Assembly: GCA_900540495.1 (NCBI GenBank)
Contig: UQGA01000010.1
Coordinates: 20 to 64,019, forward strand
Direction: 5' to 3'
Origin: an uncultured Eubacteriales bacterium
GTDB lineage: Bacteria > Bacillota > Clostridia > Christensenellales > CAG-138
DNA: 64,000 bases
Under the pieces are notes generated by a model. The model had not been told where the DNA came from. It worked only from the letters and a program-made list of their open reading frames with translations, and did no database searches. A program made the translations under genes and the position numbers. Positions 10,099 through 19,867 of the stretch are shown here, in pieces (the stretch's first letter is position 1; every line of letters starts with the position of its first letter).

Positions 10099-11274
10099 TC
10101 AAACCTCCCAAATATCGTTGAGAAACGAGTTGCCAACGCGCCACCGGTTGCCGGTCAGGTATTCATAGACCGTCGCGCCAATATCGGCAAATGTGTCGCG
10201 CGTGCCGAGGTTGACCCCGGATCGGACATGCGGGCCGGCAACGACGAGCGGGATATACTCGCGCGTGTGATCGGTCCCCGGCGTGGTGGGATCGCATCCG
10301 TGGTCGGCCGTAACCATCAGGATGTCGTTCTCACGCAGAGCGCCAAGCATGGCAGGCAGGGCCCTGTCGAACGCCTCAAGCGCTGCCGCATAGCCCTCCA
10401 CATCGTTGCGATGGCCATAGAGCATATCGAAATCGACAAGATTCACAAAGATGAACGCGCCCTCACCCGACTCGATAAACCGCTGTGTGGCGGCAATTCC
10501 ATCCGGATTATTGCGCGTATGATCGACCATGGTCACTCCGCGATGACAAAAGATGTCCTCGATTTTACCAATGCCGACGACTGGGAAGCCGGCGCCGTCC
10601 AGCGCGTCGAGAATCGTATCGGAGAACGGCGGCAGCGCATAGTCGCGCCGACGCTCCGTGCGCTGATACGCGCCTGAGCTGCCGATGAAGGGCCGGGCGA
10701 TCACGCGCCCCACGAGGTTGTCGCCGGTAAGTAGGCTGCGCGCGGTCTCGCAGATCTGATAGAGTTGTTCGACGGGGATAACCTGCTCATGCGCCGCAAT
10801 TTGAAACACGCTGTCTGCCGAGGTGTACACGATGGGAAACCCCGTGCGCACATGCTCGTCGCCCAAGCGTTGAATGATCTCCGTACCGCTTGCCACGCAA
10901 TTCCCCAGCGTGCCGCGGCCAATGGCCTGTTCAAAGCGGTGCATCAGCTCCGCCGGGAACCCGTTGGGATAGGTGCGGAACGGCTTGTCCAGCGGCAGGC
11001 CGGCCATCTCCCAGTGACCGCAGGTGGTATCCTTGGCAAGCGTGTGCTCAGCGCAGCGGCCAAACGCGCCAGCGGGGGCCGCTGCAACATCGGGCAACGT
11101 ACTGCCCTCAATGTTGGCAAGGCCCAGTCGGTACAGGTTCGGCAATGCCAGGCGGCCACGCACCCGCCGGATGTTTCCAAGGGTATTGGCGCCCTCGTCG
11201 CCGAAAGCCGCCGCATCCGGCAGCGCGCCGATACCGGCGCTGTCAAGGACAATCAGAATCGCTCGTTTTTGCAT
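10099..11274 (-). CDS. deoB: phosphopentomutase
   Basis: [35 protein letters not shown] and [10 protein letters not shown] are diagnostic of DeoB. Confidence 0.95.
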   Translation of the reverse strand: MQKRAILIVLDSAGIGALPDAAAFGDEGANTLGNIRRVRGRLALPNLYRLGLANIEGSTLPDVAAAPAGAFGRCAEHTLAKDTTCGHWEMAGLPLDKPFRTYPNGFPAELMHRFEQAIGRGTLGNCVASGTEIIQRLGDEHVRTGFPIVYTSADSVFQIAAHEQVIPVEQLYQICETARSLLTGDNLVGRVIARPFIGSSGAYQRTERRRDYALPPFSDTILDALDGAGFPVVGIGKIEDIFCHRGVTMVDHTRNNPDGIAATQRFIESGEGAFIFVNLVDFDMLYGHRNDVEGYAAALEAFDRALPAMLGALRENDILMVTADHGCDPTTPGTDHTREYIPLVVAGPHVRSGVNLGTRDTFADIGATVYEYLTGNRWRVGNSFLNDIWEV

Positions 11275-11350
11275 GACGGTTTGCTCCTTCCAGGGCGCAG
11301 ATGCCCGCCCATTGTTTCCTCTACCAGTTTATCATCGGGAGAAAACGCCG

Positions 11351-11941
11351 TCAATGCGCAAGCAGATATAACAACAGGGGCAAAAGCGCCGCTTCCAGGA
11401 TGGCGACGAGCAGGAGAGACGTGGAAAGTTGAAGCCCCTGCGCAAGATACCCGCCGGTCGATCCCGTCCGCCGCACGTCATGCGCCCTTGTCCTCCTGCG
11501 CAGGCTCCGGATGGCGAATGCCGCAAGGCGCAACGAAGCCAGCAGCAACGGGATCTGCGTGGCAACCAGCAAAAGCCAGAGCAGCGGACTTTCCGCCAGC
11601 GTACAGAGCGCCGCGGCCGCTCCTGCGACGAACCCGCGCAGCGCCACGCAAAGCATCCAAAGCGGCACCGTCCAGCGCTGGAGCCCCGCGAACAGAATGG
11701 CGCAAATCCATGCCATCTCCGACGGGATGGCAAACCCCATCACAAGCAGCAGCTGCGGGACGGTCGGCCCGGCGACCAGTTCCCGGGCCGCGTCAAGCAT
11801 CCCGGCGCTCAGCAGCGGCAGGCAGGCGGCATGGCCGCAGGCAGCACCGAGCGCAATCAAAAAGAAAAAGGCGACGCAGGCCGGCAGGTTTTCCCGCCAG
11901 AACTGCGCCGCCCTCTGTTGTAGCAGTCCGAACACCCGCAT
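11351..11941 (-). CDS. polytopic membrane protein, possibly stage II sporulation protein M
   Basis: 196-aa multi-TM ORF. Size, topology and position next to deoB-punA resemble the B. subtilis spoIIM neighbourhood. No diagnostic motif was recognised. Confidence 0.4.
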   Translation of the reverse strand: MRVFGLLQQRAAQFWRENLPACVAFFFLIALGAACGHAACLPLLSAGMLDAARELVAGPTVPQLLLVMGFAIPSEMAWICAILFAGLQRWTVPLWMLCVALRGFVAGAAAALCTLAESPLLWLLLVATQIPLLLASLRLAAFAIRSLRRRTRAHDVRRTGSTGGYLAQGLQLSTSLLLVAILEAALLPLLLYLLAH

Positions 11942-11989
11942 ATTGAAGCGTATGCGAGCTTGTACGAGCTTATGCGCGGCGGCTTGGTA

Positions 11990-12775
11990 TCAGGTCAGTC
12001 GAAGAAAGCTCTGTGTGGGCTTCAGGCGCACATGTTCGGCCATACAGGCAATGAACTCCGCATTGCCCGGCTTGCCGCGCTGGGCGTTGACCGTATAGCC
12101 AAAGCGCGCGTGAATCGCATTGAGGTTCCCGCGCGCCCATGCGTATTCGATGGAACCGCGAATTGCATGTTCCACCACGCGGCTGTGGCAGCCATAGGCC
12201 TCCGCAATCCGCGGATAGATGTCCAGCGTAATACGGATGGCAGCCGGATGATCGGCTTCCGCATAGAGGCGGATGGCGTCCCGCAGCATGTAATATCCGC
12301 GATGGTGCGCCGGAATGCCGATTTCGAGCAGTTCTCCCGTAATGCGTCGTTCAAGGATAGCCGCGCTGCCGAAAGCGATGGACAGTCCGCGCGGCCGCTC
12401 GCTCTGTGTGGCCTCCTGCAGCACGCGCAGCACCAGCAGTTCCGGCAAATACGGCTTAACAAAACAGCGCACCGCATCGTCCGCCCACGGTGCCAGCAGC
12501 CGGTCCTCCGAATACGGCGTAATCAGAAACAGGAGCGGTCGCCGCTGCTCCGGCAGCCTCTGAATCGCTTCGAGCACCGGCTCGCCGTGCGCGCCGCGGA
12601 ACATTATCTCCAGTACGAGAATGTCCACGCACCCCTGCGCCAGCAGGCGAAGCACTTCGTCTCCATCGCCGGCCGGCGGCAAAACCTCGATCTCCTCCAG
12701 CCCGCGAAACGCCCCGGAAAGCAGTTCCTGTTCCCGGGCAGATGCAAGCGCAAGCAATAGCCTCTGTTTTCCCAT
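11990..12775 (-). CDS. spo0A: sporulation master regulator Spo0A (atypical receiver domain)
   Basis: The C-terminal domain IGIPAHHRGYYMLRDAI...VEHAIRGSIEYAWARGN...FGYTVNAQRGKPGNAEFIACMAEHVRL matches the Spo0A DNA-binding domain. The gene lies next to spoIVB, as in Bacillus and Clostridium. Confidence 0.9.
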   Translation of the reverse strand: MGKQRLLLALASAREQELLSGAFRGLEEIEVLPPAGDGDEVLRLLAQGCVDILVLEIMFRGAHGEPVLEAIQRLPEQRRPLLFLITPYSEDRLLAPWADDAVRCFVKPYLPELLVLRVLQEATQSERPRGLSIAFGSAAILERRITGELLEIGIPAHHRGYYMLRDAIRLYAEADHPAAIRITLDIYPRIAEAYGCHSRVVEHAIRGSIEYAWARGNLNAIHARFGYTVNAQRGKPGNAEFIACMAEHVRLKPTQSFLRLT

Positions 12776-12810
12776 TCACGCATATCCCCCTGCGATCTCT
12801 ATGCCGGCGA

Positions 12811-14112
12811 TCAGGAAGCGTGCATCTCGATCTGCCGGTACATCCACTCGGCATAGACACAATACCCTTTCGCCGGATCGTTGACGAATACATGGGTGAC
12901 CACGCCGATCAATTTCCCATCCTGTAGAATCGGACTTCCGCTCATGCCTTGCACAATTCCACCGGTCTGCTCAAGCAGCGCTTCGTCCGTTACCTCGACG
13001 ACCATGCCCTTGGTCGCGGGCTCCTGCTGCGTGCTGACGCGAACAATGTTGCAGGAAAATGCCTGCACCTCGTCGCCCGATATGGTGGACAGAATCGTCG
13101 CCGCCCCTTCGTGCGCCTCATAGGCATAGGCGAGCGGCACCGCCCCGTAAGCGCCGTCAAACGGCTCCTGCATCAAACCGTAGATGCCGTAATCCGTGTT
13201 GAGCTGGATGTTGCCAACGGGCGCATCCGTCGTGGAGAATACGCCAAGCAATTCCCCGGGCTCCCCCGCTGTGCCGCGCGTGATATCCACGATCTCGGCG
13301 CGGACAAGCCGGCCCTCCCGCACGGTCAGCGTGGAATGCGTGTCCACATCGGATATGGCATGGCCGAGGGCGGCAAACCAGCCCGTGTCGGTATCGTAAA
13401 AGGACAGCGTTCCCACCCCGGCAGTGCTGTCGCGCACCCAGAGCCCAAGCCGGTATTCCCCCGCATCGGCGTCGAGTGCCGGGCGGACCGTGACAGGGAT
13501 CTCGCGTCCTTCGCGTTCCACCACGAGCGGAACATCATCCGCATGATCTGCGCATAATTCGGCAAGATGCGCCGTATCGCGCAACTGCTCTCCGCAAACC
13601 TGAACGATTACGTCCCCCGGTTGCAGACCGGCCGCAGAACCCGGGCTGACTGCGCCGACGGCAGTGCGCACGGAGCCAAGGCCCACCACAAGCACGCCGC
13701 GCGTATACAGCGTGATACCAACGGCGCAGCCGCCGGGCGTCAGATATGTCTCATCGGTGCGCACGACCTGCACCGTGCGCAACGGAATGACGCCGAGGAA
13801 GCGAAAAGTATACGCCTCGCCATCCTCCAGCACATCGGAAAGGCGCTCCGCCTGCTGCACATCCACAGCGGCAACCCCCTCGCCGCCAGCATCATCGAAC
13901 AGCGAGCCTACACGGCCGCTTTCGTCGGTCAGGTACAGCGTGTCCGGCAACGCACGAATCTGCACCATCTGATCGGAGTAGTTGATCACGAACAGCAGCA
14001 CGGCGATGCCGAGGCCAAAGAGTTGAGTCAAAATGCGTGAAAACCGTCTGCCCAAAGCGCGCACCTCAAACAAGGGAGTCCGCCGCACTTTCGACAAAAA
14101 TGCGGCTGCCAC
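12811..14112 (-). CDS. spoIVB: SpoIVB signalling serine peptidase (S55)
   Basis: PDZ-like region plus GTLSFYDTDTGWFAALGHAISD and GMSGSPILQDGKLIGVVTHVF catalytic motifs. Confidence 0.9.
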   Translation of the reverse strand: MAAAFLSKVRRTPLFEVRALGRRFSRILTQLFGLGIAVLLFVINYSDQMVQIRALPDTLYLTDESGRVGSLFDDAGGEGVAAVDVQQAERLSDVLEDGEAYTFRFLGVIPLRTVQVVRTDETYLTPGGCAVGITLYTRGVLVVGLGSVRTAVGAVSPGSAAGLQPGDVIVQVCGEQLRDTAHLAELCADHADDVPLVVEREGREIPVTVRPALDADAGEYRLGLWVRDSTAGVGTLSFYDTDTGWFAALGHAISDVDTHSTLTVREGRLVRAEIVDITRGTAGEPGELLGVFSTTDAPVGNIQLNTDYGIYGLMQEPFDGAYGAVPLAYAYEAHEGAATILSTISGDEVQAFSCNIVRVSTQQEPATKGMVVEVTDEALLEQTGGIVQGMSGSPILQDGKLIGVVTHVFVNDPAKGYCVYAEWMYRQIEMHAS

Positions 14113-14136
14113 TATGTTGCGCAGAGCAGTGCTTTG

Positions 14137-15840
14137 CTATGCCGTTTCCATCACGCCGTTCGTGGCCATCCGCGCATCGGAAAGAAGCTGTTCCGCATGT
14201 TGCAGAGCGACCGGATCATCCGGACGACTGCCCATAATGCGGGCAAGTTCGCGGCAGCGGCCCGACTCATCAAGCCGTTCCAGCATCGAGACGGTTTTCC
14301 CATCCATTTCCTGCTTGAACACATGGTACTGCGCCTGTGCGCGCGCAGCGATCTGCGGCAAATGCGTGATGCACAGCACCTGATGTCCACAGGCGATCTG
14401 CCCGAGCTTGCGCCCGACGGCATTGCCGACCTGTCCGCTGATGCCGGTATCGATCTCGTCAAACACCATCGTATCGATGCCGTCGCTATCCGACAGGACG
14501 CGCTTGAACGCAAGCATGACGCGCGAAAGCTCGCCGCCGGAGGCCACGCGCGCAAGCGGCTTGAGCGGTTCGCCGCGGTTGGCGGAGAGCAGAAACTCCG
14601 CCTCATCCACGCCGCGCGCCGAGGGTGCCTCTCCGCTCAGGCGGGAGAATTGCACGTCAAACTGCGCGTGCGGCATGCCAAGATCGGCCAGTTCCGGCAA
14701 CAGCAGCCCTGAAAGCCGGGCCGCAGCATCCCGGCGCGCATCGGACAGGCGGGCGGCCAAAGCGTCGTACGCCTGCAATGCGGTTTCATAGGCCTGCAAC
14801 AGCGATTCGCGGCGCTGCTCCGACATTTCAAGCGCCTCACGCTCCTCGCCGATGGCGGCTCGGTAGCGAAGGATTTCATCGATGTCGGCGCCGTATTTGC
14901 GTTTGAGTCGCGCGATTATCTCAAGCCGGTCCTCGATGCGGTTCAGTTCCTCCGGATCATAAGAAAAGGCCGAGCGCAGGTCGCGCAGCGCATAGGCAAT
15001 ATCTTCGACGGTATAGTATTCATCCCGAAGCCTGTCCGCAACGGCGGCATAATCCGCATGGTACTGCGCCACGCCAGCCATGGCGCGCATGGCTTCCGAC
15101 AGGGGCCCGAGTGCTCCCGCGTCACCGGAAAGGGCGGAAGCACTTGTTTCGAGCGCATCCATGACCGTCTGTGCGTTCTGTTGCAGTCGGCGCTGTTCCA
15201 GCAGCGGCTCTTCCTCGCCGCTGTTAAGCCGTGCGCCATCAATTTCGCGGATCTGATAGTCCAGCAGCTCCAGGCGGCGCGCACGTTCGCGCTCGTCCAT
15301 ATCCGCCTCGCGCAACGCCTTTTGCGCGCGCTGCGCCTCCGCATACCGCTCCGCCAGCGCGGACAGCAGCGGCGCGGTTTCTGTGGCGGCAAACCGGTCC
15401 AGCAGCGGCAGATGCCGACGCACGTCAAGCAACGACTGGTGCTCGTGCTGCCCATGGATATCGACGAGCAAATCGCCGACCTGCTTAAGCGCCGCCGTGG
15501 AGACCAGCGTGCCGTTGATGCGGCAGGCGTTTTTCCCGGCGGTGGAAAGCTCGCGGGACAGCACGATTTCGTCCTCCTCCGCCTCCAGCGCCAGCTCCTC
15601 CAACGCGCGGCGTACAGGCGCATCCGCCGCGAGCGAAAACGTCGCTTCGGCGGCAGCCTTTTGCGCGCCGGTGCGAATCAGTTCCCGGCTTGCGCGCTCT
15701 CCCAGCACAAAGTTAAGCGCCTCGATGATAATGGATTTTCCGGCGCCCGTTTCGCCAGTGAGCACGGAAAACCCATCGTCAAAAGTAACAGTCAGTTGTT
15801 CGATCAGCGCGATATCCCTGATCCTGAGCGTCCGCAACAT
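14137..15840 (-). CDS. recN: DNA repair protein RecN
   Basis: N-terminal Walker A LTGETGAGKSIIIEALNFVLG, long coiled coil, and C-terminal SGGELSRVMLA / FDEIDTGISG. Confidence 0.95.
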   Translation of the reverse strand: MLRTLRIRDIALIEQLTVTFDDGFSVLTGETGAGKSIIIEALNFVLGERASRELIRTGAQKAAAEATFSLAADAPVRRALEELALEAEEDEIVLSRELSTAGKNACRINGTLVSTAALKQVGDLLVDIHGQHEHQSLLDVRRHLPLLDRFAATETAPLLSALAERYAEAQRAQKALREADMDERERARRLELLDYQIREIDGARLNSGEEEPLLEQRRLQQNAQTVMDALETSASALSGDAGALGPLSEAMRAMAGVAQYHADYAAVADRLRDEYYTVEDIAYALRDLRSAFSYDPEELNRIEDRLEIIARLKRKYGADIDEILRYRAAIGEEREALEMSEQRRESLLQAYETALQAYDALAARLSDARRDAAARLSGLLLPELADLGMPHAQFDVQFSRLSGEAPSARGVDEAEFLLSANRGEPLKPLARVASGGELSRVMLAFKRVLSDSDGIDTMVFDEIDTGISGQVGNAVGRKLGQIACGHQVLCITHLPQIAARAQAQYHVFKQEMDGKTVSMLERLDESGRCRELARIMGSRPDDPVALQHAEQLLSDARMATNGVMETA

Positions 15841-15852
15841 CGGTATGCCCCG

Positions 15853-16308
15853 CTATTTCATCATTTTCTTAAACTTTCGCACCACTTCCTGCGCCGCCCG
15901 TTCATCGTGGATGGCAATGAACACGGTGTTATCGCCTGCAATGGTGCCGAGAATTTCGGGCCAGCGAAGTGAATCAATGGCCTCGCCGGCAGCAGAGGCA
16001 CTGCCGGTAATGGTTTTGATCACAATCAGATTGCCGGCAGAAGCAACGGACAGGACGCAGTTGGCAAACATCTGAATGAATCGCTCCTGCAGATCGGCCT
16101 CCGCACGCTCGGCAGTAGCATACTTGTAGCGTCCCTCGGCCGTCAGCACCTTGATCAGTCGCAGCTCCTTGATATCGCGCGATATGGTCGCCTGCGTCAC
16201 AAAAAAGCCGTATTCCCCCAGTGCGCGAACCAATTCCTCCTGCGTCTCAATGTTCTGGGAGGCAATCATCTTTATGATCATCTCGTGCCGTTTGGATTTT
16301 ACCGCCAT
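15853..16308 (-). CDS. argR: arginine repressor
   Basis: KRHEMIIKMIASQNIETQEELV...VTQATISRDIKELRL winged-helix N-terminus and GTIAGDNTVF C-terminal motif. Confidence 0.9.
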   Translation of the reverse strand: MAVKSKRHEMIIKMIASQNIETQEELVRALGEYGFFVTQATISRDIKELRLIKVLTAEGRYKYATAERAEADLQERFIQMFANCVLSVASAGNLIVIKTITGSASAAGEAIDSLRWPEILGTIAGDNTVFIAIHDERAAQEVVRKFKKMMK

Positions 16309-16329
16309 ATCGATCCCCCTAACCCACGA

Positions 16330-17121
16330 TTATGATAGCTTTTCCCGTATCAGACGGAACAGATCGCTCTTCTCAAAGCGGATAAAACTGCAAGTACGAG
16401 AAGCGCCTGTAATGCGAATGGAATCACCGCTGCACACCTCCCGAATGCGCGACCCGTCCGCAGACACGACGCCGCTGCCGGAGACGGAAAAATGCACATC
16501 CGCATCAGCCGCCGTCACGACGGGTCGGAAGTGAAGCGTGTGCGGGCAGACGGGGGTAACGGCAATGGCGTTGAGCCCATCGGCAAGAATTGGTCCGCCT
16601 GCCGAAAGCGTGTAGGCCGTCGAGCCGGTCGGCGTGGCGGCGATGACGCCATCGCAAAAAACCGTGCCGACCGAAATGCCGTTGATCTCAATGGCGATCT
16701 CCGCCACCCCGGAAAAGGAACTCTTGAAAACAAGCACGTCGTTCAGGCAGTGGAACGGTTCCCCGTCGTTGATCGAACAACGGAGCATCATGCGCCGCTC
16801 GATCGTATATTCGCCGGCAAGCAGCCGGTCGAGCGCGGCGGGAAAAGTGCTGCGCGCAAGCTCCGACAAAAAGCCGATGCGGCCGAGGTTGATCCCCAGA
16901 AGCGGTACGCCGAGCCTGGATGCGGCATCCGCGTAACGCAACAACGAGCCGTCGCCGCCAACCACCACAAGCGCGTCCAGTTCAGCACCGCCGGACAGCA
17001 ACGCCGTCGCATCCGCAATCAGGGTGCAGTGTATACCCCGCTGTGTGGACAGGACGACAAGCTCGTCCCGTATGGCGATAGCCCCCTGCTTCATGGGATT
17101 TACGGCAAAACCGATCTGCAT
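16330..17121 (-). CDS. nadK: NAD kinase
   Basis: ORF 16330..17214 trimmed to ATG 17121. GGDGSLL, NLGRIGFL and STAYTLSAGGPI motifs are present. Confidence 0.9.
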   Translation of the reverse strand: MQIGFAVNPMKQGAIAIRDELVVLSTQRGIHCTLIADATALLSGGAELDALVVVGGDGSLLRYADAASRLGVPLLGINLGRIGFLSELARSTFPAALDRLLAGEYTIERRMMLRCSINDGEPFHCLNDVLVFKSSFSGVAEIAIEINGISVGTVFCDGVIAATPTGSTAYTLSAGGPILADGLNAIAVTPVCPHTLHFRPVVTAADADVHFSVSGSGVVSADGSRIREVCSGDSIRITGASRTCSFIRFEKSDLFRLIREKLS

Positions 17122-17160
17122 GATCGAAAAACCGTCCCTTTCCTTGCGCTTTTCGTATTC

Positions 17161-17189
17161 AGTATACCGCGGCGTACGGACGATTACAA
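17161..17189 (-). promoter_or_regulatory. candidate sigma-A promoter of nadK-argR-recN
   Basis: On the minus strand, TTGTAA (17189-17184), a 17-nt spacer, then TATACT (17166-17161), about 40 nt upstream of the nadK ATG. Confidence 0.45.
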
Positions 17190-17387
17190 GCAGAAAAAAG
17201 CATAAACCGCCCATTTATACATATCTACATTCGCCGCTGAAAAGCTCCTGTTGTTGTGCCGGATACTTCCCCGGCCCGTCATTCCCGAAATGGTTGTGCC
17301 TATAAAATCACCCGTCCCTTTCCTGCAAAAAGCCTATATCCTACTACTCCTATTTTACCATAACTGGCCGCAGGCCACAACCTCTTT

Positions 17388-17566
17388 GTTACTTTCTTGT
17401 GAGAAAGTAACGCAAAAGCACTTTCACACCGCTGCCCCTTCGGGGCTGGCAGTATGAAAGTGCTTTTGCGCCCTGCCGGGGGCTAAAAGGAGCCGGCCAC
17501 TCGCTGCGCTTTTCCTCTACTCCCGGCCGGCTCCGCCCATGGCTTCGGTCCCGCCACCTACGGGCG
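17388..17566. other. cluster of long hairpins in a non-coding AT-richer spacer
   Basis: Four elements: a 10-bp perfect palindrome at 17388-17411; a 58-nt hairpin at 17412-17469 with a 15-bp perfect outer stem and a GCCCC-UUC-GGGGC tip; GGAGCCGGCC/GGCCGGCTCC arms at 17489-17534; and CGCCC/GGGCG at 17534-17566 enclosing GGC-UUCG-GUC. Confidence 0.5.
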
Positions 17567-17726
17567 TCTTCCCAAGAATATATCGGTAATGCAAAAAGGT
17601 CTTTCTTGTTTCGTTATGTCGACAAATTCTCTTTGCGCTTTACACCTGTTCCTGCATTTGTGTTCGGCTAACAAAAAGGAAGATAAATACTTGCCCCCAC
17701 AGGGGTAATTTCAAAATTTAAGGTAG

Positions 17727-17760
17727 GGCAGGTATTGCGACGGCAATACCTGCCTTTTCA
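17727..17760. terminator. rho-independent terminator hairpin (possibly bidirectional)
   Basis: GGCAGGTATTGC-GACG-GCAATACCTGCC is a 12-bp perfect stem. TTTTCA follows on the plus strand. On the minus strand it lies about 110 nt downstream of the 17870 stop, with a delayed U-rich tract. Confidence 0.55.
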
Positions 17761-17869
17761 TATGCATATGCGCTTTTGCAAAGGCCATGGAGTCGACCAC
17801 ACCAATATCGGATGCCTTTGTCCGATGAAACACTGGACTCAGTTGATACAAATTACTCATCATAAAAAC

Positions 17870-18979
17870 TTACCAGTAGATGTCCCTCGGGGCAGTGCTG
17901 ATAGGCAGACTATAGGTAAAAGGCTGGCCGGAGAGGGTCATGTGGACGGCGCAGCTCAGGGCGGACTCCGCAGCCAGAGGCTGGGGCAGGGAGGCGGTGG
18001 CCACGGTGATGTAGGTGTATCTCGTCAGAAGCACATCTGGATTGTCCGAGGTGGAGTACTGGGATTCCTCGCGCACCTGGCTCAGGGCATAGGCCTCCGG
18101 CGGCAGGGGCTCCCCGTCCACATAGACGGTGACGCTTAGGGTGTCGCCCTCGGCCTGCTCCGGCGCGACGGGCACCACCTGTGGGAAGTCCTCCCCGTCG
18201 TCCCACCAGACCTTCATCGTCACGGTGTTGGTTGTTTCATCATACTCTCCCCGCAGCTGGGGGCATCGGCCCAAGTCGGCAGCGGTGTAGGTCTCCGTTT
18301 CCCCATTTACCTGTTCCACCGTCAGACGCATCTCAAAGGTGGGGTAGGTGTCCGCCCCCGCCTCTGCCCAGTAGTCGTCGAAATCCGGGGGATAAACCAC
18401 ATAGAAAGCGGTATACAGCCCGGCATCGATGTCCGCCCGGGGGATGCCCTCACCGAAAGTATCCTCATAAAAAGGACGCTGGGTGATGGTGTCAAACTGG
18501 GTGACCTTGGCCGAGGCAATGGTCTCTGGCTCCGGGAAGGCCACCTGCAAAAAACCCTCGGATCCGTTCATCATGGCCGAGAAAAAAGTGATGGGTTCCG
18601 GCGTCTGGACTGGGCCGGGGCTTTCCTCTCCGCCCGGAGGCGTGGTCTCCGGCGGCACCGTGGGGAGCGGGTCCCCGGCTGACGTCGGCGGCTCGGGAGA
18701 GGGGAGCTCCGCTGCCGGGACGGCGGCCGCTACTGTCAACAGAAGGGCCATGGCGACGGAGGCCAGTATCCGCCAGCCCCGCCGGCGCTCCCGATTCCGG
18801 GGCGCACCCCTGCCGCCGCCCTGAAACTCCGGGGGAAGCGGGGCCGCCTCCGCCCCGGGGCGGGGCTCCTCCGGGACGCCAGGCTCCCAGGGCCGGATGA
18901 ACTCCGGGGGAAGTTTCCATTCCTTTGGCGGTGCGCTCCGCTCCATCGGCGGCGCGTTCCGCAGATTCTGCCCGCCCAT
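17870..18979 (-). CDS. hypothetical proline-rich single-pass membrane protein
   Basis: 369-aa ORF with a Pro-rich N-terminal region, one TM (WRILASVAMALLLTVAAAV) and an acidic extracytoplasmic domain. No family was recognised. The ATG lies 3 nt after the mscS stop. Confidence 0.6.
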   Translation of the reverse strand: MGGQNLRNAPPMERSAPPKEWKLPPEFIRPWEPGVPEEPRPGAEAAPLPPEFQGGGRGAPRNRERRRGWRILASVAMALLLTVAAAVPAAELPSPEPPTSAGDPLPTVPPETTPPGGEESPGPVQTPEPITFFSAMMNGSEGFLQVAFPEPETIASAKVTQFDTITQRPFYEDTFGEGIPRADIDAGLYTAFYVVYPPDFDDYWAEAGADTYPTFEMRLTVEQVNGETETYTAADLGRCPQLRGEYDETTNTVTMKVWWDDGEDFPQVVPVAPEQAEGDTLSVTVYVDGEPLPPEAYALSQVREESQYSTSDNPDVLLTRYTYITVATASLPQPLAAESALSCAVHMTLSGQPFTYSLPISTAPRDIYW

Positions 18980-18982
18980 GGC

Positions 18983-19867
18983 TCACATAGAGTGGACGTC
19001 CAGCTGGGGGAAGGGGCACTCCACACCCAGCTGGCGCAGGCCCAAGAGCAGATCCCGATTGAGGATCCGCGCACCGCCATAGATGTCCTTTTCTTTCACG
19101 TCCACGCAGAAACGCAGCACCACGGCGCTGTCAGCCAGCTGCTGCACCCCCAGGTAGACCGGCGTGTCCAACATGACGTCCGCACGCTTCTGCCGGATCT
19201 CCTCCAGCAGGGACGGGAATTTCTCCTCCAGTGCCTCCAGATCACAGGTATAGGGGATGGAGATGTCGCAAAAGGACTTGGACACGTGGTCGGAACGGTT
19301 GAGGATGTTCCGCATATCCGCATTGTTTACAATCTTGATGTTCTCGCTGGCGTCGGTGATAGAGGTGGTGCGGATGCCGATGTCCGTCACCACGCCCCGG
19401 AAGCCGTCCACCTCTATGATGTCCCCCACATTGTACTGGCTATCAAAGAGGATGAACACGCCCGTGACCAGGTCGGCGATGATGCTGTCGGCGGCAAAGC
19501 CGACGATTAAGGCCAAAACACCCAGGCTGGCCACAATAGCCAGAATATTCACACCCAGGAGGTGTAGACCCCAGCAGAGGATGACAATGGCTGCGGCATA
19601 GCGCAGGAGGCTACGGGTGATGGAGAGGATGGACCGGGCCCGGTGGGTCCTGGGCTTGCAGAGGGTCAAGAAGAACTCCGCCACCCACTCCGCCAGCAGC
19701 ACCCCTGCCGCCATGGCCGCCAGACGCAGGATAGCCCTCAGGCTGAGGGTCCAGTCGGCGGTCAGGGCCGCCGTTTTCATGGCACCAGTGGCAAAGCCGG
19801 CGGTCAGGGCCACTGCCAGGATGACCGCCAGAATCAGGAACTTAATAATGCTTTGTTTTTCTTTCAT
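18983..19867 (-). CDS. small-conductance mechanosensitive channel (MscS family)
   Basis: ORF 18983..20017 trimmed to ATG 19867 after AAGGAAGGAAAC. The TM3/beta-domain pattern LGVLALIVGFAADSIIADLVTGVFILFDSQYNVGDIIEVDGFRGVVTDIGIRTT is present. Confidence 0.85.
   Translation of the reverse strand: MKEKQSIIKFLILAVILAVALTAGFATGAMKTAALTADWTLSLRAILRLAAMAAGVLLAEWVAEFFLTLCKPRTHRARSILSITRSLLRYAAAIVILCWGLHLLGVNILAIVASLGVLALIVGFAADSIIADLVTGVFILFDSQYNVGDIIEVDGFRGVVTDIGIRTTSITDASENIKIVNNADMRNILNRSDHVSKSFCDISIPYTCDLEALEEKFPSLLEEIRQKRADVMLDTPVYLGVQQLADSAVVLRFCVDVKEKDIYGGARILNRDLLLGLRQLGVECPFPQLDVHSM

Noticed and set aside
17589-17708. A 39-codon Cys-rich ORF (MQKGLSCFVMSTNSLCALHLFLHLCSANKKEDKYLPPQG) just upstream of the plus-strand terminator, considered as a type I toxin or small peptide gene.
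   Set aside because: There is no Shine-Dalgarno sequence and no recognisable promoter. The hydrophobic stretch is interrupted by Ser, Thr, Asn and His. It cannot be supported from sequence alone and is mentioned only as context for the hairpin-cluster finding.
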